Origin: the human T2T-CHM13v2.0 reference genome, Homo sapiens
Length of the DNA: 64,000 nt
Assembly: GCF_009914755.1 (NCBI RefSeq)
Contig: NC_060929.1
Direction: 5' to 3' (one strand)
Both the position numbers and the translations under genes were made by a program. This document shows positions 55,089-64,000 of this stretch, one piece after another. Position 1 is the first letter of the stretch. Each line of letters starts with the position of its first letter. Below the pieces are notes generated by a model. That model was given only the letters and a program-made list of their open reading frames with translations. It had not been told where the DNA came from and searched no databases.

Positions 55089-57730
55089 TGCATTTAGCTT
55101 GTTTATGCGAACATATTATGATTATGATATACTAAATGGTATTCAGAAGAAAAATACTAATTAAAATATGAATGTCAACAGACACAAATTGGCAAACATC
55201 TTACTCCTATTTTGCTTATATTATGTACAACAATACAAAATGCATGCAATGCAAAACTTTCTAACATTAATCAACATTTAATACTGATGTTGTAGCAGAA
55301 ATGTTATTAAATTGAAGGAATGCATAATTCTGTTTGTTCAGTTTTAAACAATAAACAAAACTGCAGTCTTGATAACGAAGATAGCACAATTTTTTATGTT
55401 GTAGAGTTTATCATGTCTAGCAAACTCTCACTAAAATGAAATAGTGAAGCCAATTCTATTTTCTACCAATATTAAGTTTTTGTTTTACCTTCAGGGTTCT
55501 TAAGCCAATTCACCCAAGTGTAGATTGAAATGAACTTTAGCTCCTTAGATTCATAGACCTATGGTACCAAAGTCATTTGCCATATATAATATGTTGGCCT
55601 CTTTTCTTTTTTTTTATACTTTATATCATTTATATCATACTTGTTCAAAATAGAGAATACTGGTTGCTTTTTATTAGGGAAATAAATCATTGCAAAGAAG
55701 AAGATGATGTACAGAATATTTAGCTTATTTCAGTCCATTTGTCTGCAGTTATATTGTGAAACTGAAGTGTGAGAAGACAAATTAGTGAAAGTTAGTCTCA
55801 TCATAACATTAATAGAACAAGAAATGGCACCAAATGTTAATATTTAAGTCTCAGTGTGTTTTCACTCCAGGCTATGAAGCCAACAAGATTTAGTTTTCAC
55901 TTTATTTTTAAATCCACTATGAACTTTACAACAGTGCTATTCTCTAGTTTATGGAAACAATGTCCCTATTATTTCTACTATTTATAAATTCTATTTTTGA
56001 AACTTCTCCTTTTGATCTAATATATTCACTGACTCATTTCTTCTAGGCAGAAAAATATATATATATCAAAATAATCCCATCTTTTTTTTTAGTTTGTACA
56101 AATCAAGTCATGAGGAATAATTTCATTAAAATGATAAGTATTATCCAACATCACTAACAAAATATTGAATTAAATTCTGGCTTCCCAGAACAGGCATCAA
56201 AATTTCATTTTTATTTTTGCTCCTAGTTTTTCTAACACAACCAAACATAAGCTAATTACATCTTTTGTTCAGAGTGGTTTATATGTAGTTTAGTGAATTA
56301 TAATTGATATTTTGATCTGTTATGTTTTCTAAGGTTACAATAAATATTTAGAGTGTGATTCCTCAAAGAATTTCCCATTAAGATGAAGTGAAAAGAGAAA
56401 TAGATAAAAACACATTTGTATTCTCTGATAACAGATAGTCACAATTTTAAGTTCTATTTTATTAGAAAAATAGGCATTGTGTAGTTGAGAATTTATCAAG
56501 GTTTTAAATCCCAGGCAAAGGAAATTAAGTAAAGTAGATGAAAGAACCCATTGGATTTTTTTCAGCAAAGTTACTGACTGATCTAGTCCCTAAGTCAATA
56601 CTCTGATAACACCTAAGGAAACCATTACCACAGGACTTATCACAGGACATTGAGATGTGATGCTAAAGGTCTGTCTGTCCCATGTGGCCTCTAGATCTCT
56701 AGTTTATGGTTGTATATTCTTTTAGTCTTTGGATTCTGATATTTAACATACATCTATTCTTATATTATGTTCTTAGTATATATTTGTATAAAACATAAGG
56801 CTTTACAAGAGAGGTTTAATTGCAATTAAACCTCTTTAAATGCAATAGCATAAGGCTATTCCAAACTAAGGGTTAGGGCAGAATTTGAACCGTAGGTTTA
56901 ACAGTCTCCTGGAGATGCTTTGTGTCCCTGGAAATCATGAGCATGTTGTCACACAACCACACCTACAGATTATTGTCTGGGGTTCATGGATCTCTTTAGG
57001 TTGAGTGCTCTTTTTGTGGAATTCTGAGCACTCTACCAAGGATTTCTGGCCCAGTTTCTCATTCATGACAAAGAAAATAAAGAGCTGAACTCACTCTCTC
57101 TTTCCAAAAACCCAGATACTCAAAGAATATGGATAAACTCTTTGGTTTCACCTGCTCCTAGCAGCTGCTCTACCGAGACAGGTATTCAATAGTTGACTTA
57201 GAGATGGAAGTTAGGAAGATGGGCATGACAATGGGGCAGCCATCTTGCTGGAATCACCTCTCCCATTTCAATTTGTCAGCTCACTCTAATTATTTAAAAA
57301 TGATATCCCACTCCTGCTTCAATGCATTTTTTTTACAGTTATAAAACCTCTCCAAACCTGTCTTAATTCAAAATGTGTGCTACTATTTGCCATGTATTTT
57401 ACCAATCTTATACTTTTGAGCAATACATTTAGGAGTGATTTGACTACTTATAACTACAGAGTAAACTTCAAAACCCTGTAAGTATGCTCTATTTTATGAC
57501 CACCACCTCTGAATTTCAGATTTTCAAAGGACGTTCAGAAGTTACAGAAGGAAAGGGGAAAGGGGCTGCAATCAACACTATACTCATGAATTAGATGACG
57601 AATCCTTATGACATCCAGAAAGTCATGCTCTCCTGCAACAAATCTTGAGTTCATAAGATCCTGCACCCTGTTAGTAATTCTTTGCCTATTCCAAAGCAAG
57701 TTAGAAATTCTCCACTTTTGTCTGACTATC

Positions 57731-58164
57731 TGATATGATTTGGATATTTTTCCTGCTCAAATCTCATGTTGAAAATGTATTGACGTTTTTGCATTAAAAG
57801 TAATGACAAAAACCGCAATTATTTTTGCACCAACCTAATAGTACCCCATGTTGGAGGTAGGGACTGGTGGGAAAGTGTTTTGGGTGATGGGGTGGATCGC
57901 TCATGGCTTGGTGCTGTCCTCAAGATAGTGAGTACTTCTCATGATACCTGGTTGTTTAAAAGTATGTGGTCTATACCCAACCCTTACTCCCACTTCACCT
58001 TCTGCCATGAGTAAAAGCTCCCTGAGGCCTCTCCAGAAGCCAAGCAGATGCCAGCATCATGCTTGCTGTACAGCCTACAGAAATGTGAGCCAATTAAACC
58101 TCTTTTCTTTATAAATTACCCAGTCTCAGGTATTCCTTTATGGCAAGGCCAGCAGCCTAACACA
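57731..58164 (+). mobile_element. MSTB-like solo LTR
   Basis: tgatatgatttgga...aaatctcatgttg ... gagccaattaaacctcttttctttataaattaccc; TSD ctatc/ctatt. Confidence 0.88.
57779..57840. mobile_element. MADE1 (Hsmar1 MITE), left end truncated, nested in the MST LTR
   Basis: gtttttgcattaaaagtaatgacaaaaaccgcaattatttttgcaccaacctaata. Confidence 0.88.
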
Positions 58165-58317
58165 CTATTTAGCTCATCAACAGAAGCTGCCTGCAACATT
58201 CTCCTATGCTTGAAAGTTCTTTGCTAGTTTAGTTACCTGACCAGCTTACCTAGAGCCTCAGGGTTGATGAGGATCAAGGGTAGGCAAAGGAAAAAATAAG
58301 ACATATAGGAGGGCTAG

Positions 58318-61130
58318 TGGTATTGTGTCCCAACCCAAATCTCATGTTGAATTGTAATCTCCAGTGTCGAAAGTGGATCCTGGTGGGAGATGATTACATC
58401 ATGGGGCAGTGCTCGTTTCAACATCACCCCCCTTGGTGTTGTTATGGCAAGAGTGAGTTATCACAACATCTGGTTGTTTAAAAGTGTGTAGCACCATCCT
58501 GCTCTCTCTCTACCCCCTACTCCATATATGTAATATATGCCTGTATCCCTTTGAACTGCTCCAGTGATTGTAAGTTTCCTGAGGCCTCCCAGGCTATGCT
58601 TCCTGTACAGCCTGCAGAAGCATGAGCCAATTAAACCTCTTTTCTACACAAATGACTCAGTCTCAGTTATTTCTCTCTAGCAGTGTGAGAACAGATTAAT
58701 ATAGAAAATTGATACTGAGAGTGGGGCATTGCTATAAAGATACCTGAAAATGTGAAAGCGCCTTTGGAACTCATTAATGGGCACAGGTTGAAACAGTTTG
58801 GAGGGCTCGGAAGAAGACAGAAAGGTGTGGGAAATTTGGAACTTCCTAAAGACTTGTTGAATGGTTGTGACCAAAATACTGAGAGTGAAACAGACAGTGA
58901 ATCCAGGTTGAAAAGGTCACAGATAGAAATGAAGAACTTATTAAAACTTGGAGTAGAAGTCACTCTTGTTATGCTTTAGCAAAAATAAAAAACTGGTGGC
59001 ATTGTCACCCTGCTATAGGCAATCTGTGGAACTTTGAACTTGAAAGATATGATTTAGCGTATTTGGCAGCAGAAATCTCTAAGCAGCAAAGGAATCAAGA
59101 TGTGGCCTGGCTGCTTGTAAAAGTCTATCTCATGGTCATGAGAAAAGAAATTACCTGAAACTGGAACTCATATTTACAAGGAAACCAGAATTTAAAAGTT
59201 TGAAAATTTGCCTGGCCATGTGATAGAAAAGAAAAACTAATTTTCAGAGGAGTAAATCAAGCAGGCTGTAGAAATTTGCTTAAGTAAAGAGAGGCCAGTT
59301 GGCTGGGTGCGGTGGCTCATGCCTGTAATCCCAGAACTTTGGGAGGCCAAGGCAGGTGGATTACAAGGTCAGGAGATCGAGACCATCCTAGCTAACATGG
59401 TGAAACCCCGTCTCTACTAAAAATACAAGAAATTAGCTGGGCGTGGTGGTGGGCACCTATAGTCCCAGCTACTCAGGAGGCTGAGGCAGGAGAATGGCAT
59501 GAACCTGGGAGGCGGAGCTTGCAATAAACCGAGATCACGCCACTGCACTCCAGCCTGGGTGACAAAGTGAGATTCTGTCTCAAAAAAAAAAAAAATAGGG
59601 GCCAGTTGCTAACAGACAAGAAAATGTGAAAAAGACCTGGGAGGCATTTCAAGACCTCCGCAGCAGTTCCTCCCATCACAGGCCTGGAGGCCTAGGAGGA
59701 AAGAATTGTGACTTGGCCCAGGTTCAGGGACCCACTACTCTGTGCAGCCTCAAGACATGGCACTCTGCATTCTGGTTGCTTTATCTCCAGCCATGGCTAA
59801 AAGGGGACCAAGTACAGCTCAGAATGTGGCTTCAGAGGGTGCAAACAGTAAGCATTGGTGGCTTTCATTGGTGTTAAGCCTGCAGGTGCACAGAGTACAA
59901 GAGCTGAATTTGGGAGACTTCACCTAGATTTCAGAGAATGTATAGAAAAGTCTGGATGTGTAGACTTTATTTCTTTCTTGGAGATCCACTTATAGCTTAT
60001 CTCTTAGCAGGCTAGCTATATTAGTTAATTCTCACACTGCTGTAAATAAATACTGAGAAGTCTGCTGCAGGGATGGAGCCATCATGGAAAACCTCTACTA
60101 GGGCAGTGCAGAGGGGGAAATGTGGGTTGGAGACCCCATACAAAGTCTCCACAGGGACACTGCCTATTGGAGCTATGAGTAGAGGGCCACTGTCCTCCAA
60201 ACCCCAGAATAGTAGATCCACTGGCAGCTTGCATCCTGCACCTGGAAAAGTCACAGGAACCTAAAAGCAGCCCTTGAGAGCAGCTGAAGGGGCTGAATCC
60301 TGCAAAACCACAGAGGCGGAGCTGCCCAAGCCCTTAGGAGCCTACCCATTGCATCAGTGTTCCCTGGATGTGAGACATGGAGTCAATGGAGATTATTTTT
60401 AAGCTTTAAGGTTTAGTGACTTCGCTGCTGGGTTTTGGACTTGCATGGGGCCTATAGCCCCTTCCTTTTGGCCAATTTCTTGCACTTGGAAAGGGAATGT
60501 TTACCCAATGCCTATAGCCCCATTGTATCTTGGAAGTAACTAACTTGTTTTTTTAATTTTATTTTATAGGCTCATAGGTGGAAGAGACTAACTTTGTCTC
60601 AGTTGAGATTTTGGACTTTGGACTTTTGGATTAATAACGGAATGAGTTAAAACCTTGGAGGACTGTTGGGAAGGCATGATTGGATTTTGCAATGTGAGAA
60701 GCACATGAGATTTGGTAGGGGCCAGGGGCAGAATGATATGGTTTTTAGGTGTGTCTCCTCCCAAATCTTATGTTGGATTATAATCTCCAGTGTTGGAGGT
60801 AGAGTCTGGTGGGAAGTGATTGGATCATTGGTGTTGTTTCTCATGATTTTACACCATCTCCTTGGTGTTGTGGCAACAGTGAGTTTTTATGAAATATAAT
60901 TGTTTAAAAGTATGTAGTACCTCCTTTCTCTCTCTCTCTCTCCTGCTTCAGTCATCTTAGATGTGGATGCTTACCCTTTACCTTCTGCCATGATTGTAAG
61001 TTTCCTGAGGTTTCCCAAGCTATGCTTCCAGTACAGCCTGCAGAACTGCGAGCCAACTAAACCTCTTTTTTTTTTATAAATTACCTAGTCTCAGTTATTT
61101 TTTATAGCAGTGCAAGAACAAACTAATACA
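58318..61130 (+). mobile_element. Full-length MST MaLR provirus: LTR 58318-58703, internal, LTR 60734-61130
   Basis: Two homologous LTRs, MST internal region, perfect 5-bp TSD gctag at 58313-58317 and 61131-61135. Confidence 0.93.
59301..59595 (+). mobile_element. Alu SINE (AluY-like) nested in MST internal region
   Basis: Full dimer; TSD aaagagaggccagtt / aaataggggccagtt. Confidence 0.95.
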
Positions 61131-61334
61131 GCTAGCCTATTGAGAGAGAAACTATAAATGGGTCTCCCAGAAAGAAATACTTGCTTCTGATGAAACAAAA
61201 CTAGATTAAAAAAATAGCAACAACATTAAATTAAAACCATAAGTATCTTCAAGGCAATTAGAAATCTATTTTCTAAGAATTATTATTTATAATGACGAGG
61301 AAGAGGGGTACAACATTTAATTAGTGATTTAGAT

Positions 61335-61548
61335 CAGTGATCAGCAAGACTTTTTTCTGTAAAGAGCCAGATCGCAAATACTTTAGTCTTTGCTGCCCAT
61401 ATGGTTTCTGTTGTGACCATTTACCTCTTAGGTAAATAATCACAGAAATACAGAAGTAAATAGGCATGGCTGCATTCCATTGAAATTATATTTACCTAAA
61501 TAAATAGGTGGCCATATTTAACCTCTGACCTGTAGATTATCAACCCTG
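61335..61548. mobile_element. MER58A hAT MITE
   Basis: cagtgatcagcaagactttttctgtaaagagccagat ... tcaaccctg; 8-bp TSD atttagat/atctagat. Confidence 0.85.
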
Positions 61549-61801
61549 ATCTAGATTAAAGAGGAATGTACATATCAAAGCTATAAAAATCCTGCAGGAA
61601 AGCAAAACACAAGCATTTTGAAGAGCTGAACCAGAAAAATTTACATGCTAATAAAAAGTATTTCAGAAATTAGGGTAAAGGCAAGCTCTAATATCAGAGG
61701 AAAATGTTGCCTTAAAGGCAGTTCTGTGTATGCAGATTGACTTTATTAGTAACAATGGTGTATTAGTCAGGCTTCTCCAGAGAAACAGAACCAAAGGTGT
61801 A

Positions 61802-61806
<5 letters not shown>

Positions 61807-61860
<54 letters not shown>
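61807..61860. repeat. (TG)n microsatellite, ~26-27 units
   Basis: Read directly. Confidence 0.98.
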
Positions 61861-61863
<3 letters not shown>

Positions 61864-62092
61864 GAGATTATATATAGTATATGTGAAGAGGAGATATAAG
61901 GAGGTTTATTATGGGAGTTGGCATATGTGATCATGGAGGCCAGGAAGTCCTATAATCTGCCATCTGGAATCTGGAGAACCAGGAAAACTGGTGGTGTAAT
62001 TCAGCTTTAATTTGCAGTCTTGAGAACCAGGGGAGCCAGTCCAAGGCTGAAGAGCTGAGAATCAAAGAACCAGGAGAGTAGGGGGAGGCACT

Positions 62093-62667
62093 TGAAAGAG
62101 TGAAGATGTGGCCAGCCCAAATTATGTCAGATTAGTGTATTATTTCAAGCTGAAAACATTGGAGAAATTTTAGTTTCAGAAAGGTAAGTTGAATTGTCTC
62201 TTCCTGCATGCAGCAAGTAATAAAGATTTCTCTGGTAAGAGTACCTTTCCCGTACTGCAGTAAGAAAATAGCCCTTATCACCAGAGACTTGGAATCGAAG
62301 GCTGCGATGTACTGGAATAAGCATAGTTAATGAAGTAACCTTTATCTTCCACCTACTTAACCTCTGCCCACCCAAATATGTCTCCTACTGGCTCCCCTAG
62401 AAAATTTTACCACCCTAAACATATTTTCTTTGTTACATCATTTCTTATCAAATGTATTGCTCTTTGTCTATAATGTTATAAAAGCATCTTGCTATGGCAA
62501 CTTATTTGGATTTTACTCTCTTGTGAAGATCCACATGTACATGTAAAACCAATAACATTTGTGTAATTTTCTCTTATTTATCTGCTTGGTGTCAATTTGG
62601 TCTCTAGATCCAGCTGAAGAGCCCACTAAAAATTGGGTCTTGAAGTAATGTCTGGCTCCCCTACATA
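62093..62667 (+). mobile_element. MER34-like (ERV1) solo LTR nested in MLT2
   Basis: tgaaagagtgaagatgtggccagcccaaattatg...tattatttcaagctgaaaacattggagaa ... ctcccctaca; TSD cact. Confidence 0.7.
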
Positions 62668-63249
62668 CACTGCTGTAAGTCGTGGAGTTGGGACTTTCAA
62701 ATGTAGTAGAAAATAGGTGTCTCAGCTCAACAAGAGAGAGAGAATGTCACCCTTCTATCCATCTGCTCAACCGATTGAATGTTGCCTCCCTCTGACTCAC
62801 ATTGGTGAGAGCAGCTTTTCTTTATTGTTCACTGATTTAAACGCTAATTTCTTCCACAAAGACCCTCATGGACTCACTCAGAAATAATGTTTTACCACGT
62901 ATCTGGGCTACCTTAACCAAGTGACATATAAAATTAGCCATCACAGATGGAAATTGGAAAAGAATTGAACACCTTAAATTAAGAGATAAGAGAAATACAA
63001 GATAGAACGCCAATAATTCTGTGCCTAGCTAGTAATTCTTTGTTAGATAAAACACTATATAGTAATGCAATGCAAAGTTTAAAGTATTAATTTACCAGTA
63101 TATGATTTGGGGAAATATGTTTATTAAAACTATACAGGAAAAAATTCTATATCTCTTTCCTTTGAGTTCTGTCTTGATAGTCTCCATACAACAATTAGAG
63201 ATCTTAGAAATTAGAAATGAAACAATGTCAATGCTCCACTCAAAACCAT

Positions 63250-64000
63250 CCATTTTCTTACCATTTCATTCAGAATAAAGTACAAATTTTAAGGTCTTCA
63301 AATTGGTTCCTTGCTCTGGTCCTGAACCATCTCTCTGATCTCAACCTACCACCATCTTCACCTACCCTTTTCTGCTGGTGTCCAGCCTAGGCCAATGTTT
63401 CTCCTGTCTCACAGTCTTTGCACTTGTTCTCTCTCCCCGGATCACTATCTATCCAGGAAATGCATAGCTGATCTCTCCACTTTCCTTTGTTGTTGTTGTT
63501 GTTGTTTGTTGTTGTTGTTTGTTTGTTTGTTTTTTGAGACGAAGTCTCTGTCACCCTGGCTGGAGAGCAGTGGCACAATCTCAACTCACTGCAGCTTCTG
63601 CCTCCTGGGTTCTAGCAATTCTCCTGCCTCAGCCTCCCAAGTAGCTGGGACAACAGGTGTGCACCACCACTACAGGCTAATTTTTTATGTTTTTAATAGA
63701 GATGGGGTTTCACCATCTTGACCAGGCTGGTCTCAAACTCCTGACCTCAGGTGATCTGCCTGCCTCGGCCTCCCAAAGTTCTGGGATTGCAGGTGTGAGC
63801 CACCACACACGGTGATCTCTCCACTTTCCTAAGATCTCTTCAAATATCACTCTACCAGGAGGAGTTAGTCAAGCATCTGCAAAAAGGAATAAACCTCACC
63901 TTTTTATCAGCACTTACATTGTGACACTGAACATCACTCCATGAGAGCAGAGATTTTTTCCTTCTGTTTTTTGGTTTTTGTTTTTGTAACAGAACTAGGA
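63250..64000 (+). mobile_element. L2 LINE fragment (hosts an Alu)
   Basis: cagaataaagtac...tctctctgatctca...gtctttgcacttgttctctc...ctccatgagagcagagatttt. Confidence 0.6.
63487..63812 (-). mobile_element. Alu SINE (AluSx-like) with (TTG)n/(TTTG)n tail and 18-bp TSD
   Basis: TSD tgatctctccactttcct at 63469-63486 and 63813-63830. Confidence 0.95.

Larger units (their letters stand above)
61759..62945 (-). mobile_element. MLT2B/C-like LTR, split by an ERV1 LTR
   Basis: tgtattagtcaggcttctccagagaaacagaacc ... aaaattagccatcaca; TSD aatgg/gatgg. Confidence 0.85.

Overview
AT-rich primate genomic DNA, most likely human or great ape (AluY, L1PA, THE1/MST, MER41 and MER4 are all present). It looks intergenic or deep-intronic: no intact protein-coding exon or RNA gene could be supported. 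The only gene-derived sequence is a decayed, 3'-truncated processed pseudogene of HSPD1 (HSP60) at ~16.36-17.56 kb. The rest is transposon relics (about 13 Alus, L1 fragments, two full-length MaLR proviruses, many solo LTRs, MER58, MADE1, MIR, L2) plus a 2.4-kb compound AT-rich VNTR. The most unusual signal is not a gene. It is a set of locally templated copy-paste insertions of different ages: a near-identical 391-bp inverted copy (5862-6253 into 7201-7591, 2 differences), a 64-bp direct copy, a ~135-bp direct copy followed by a fold-back scar, and a 91-bp inverted copy of an LTR/flank junction inside its own provirus. Several near-perfect palindromes also occur. These resemble template-switching or Pol theta repair scars (inference). 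I found no credible novel protein-coding system. Repeat subfamily names come from recalled consensus sequences and need RepeatMasker/Dfam confirmation.
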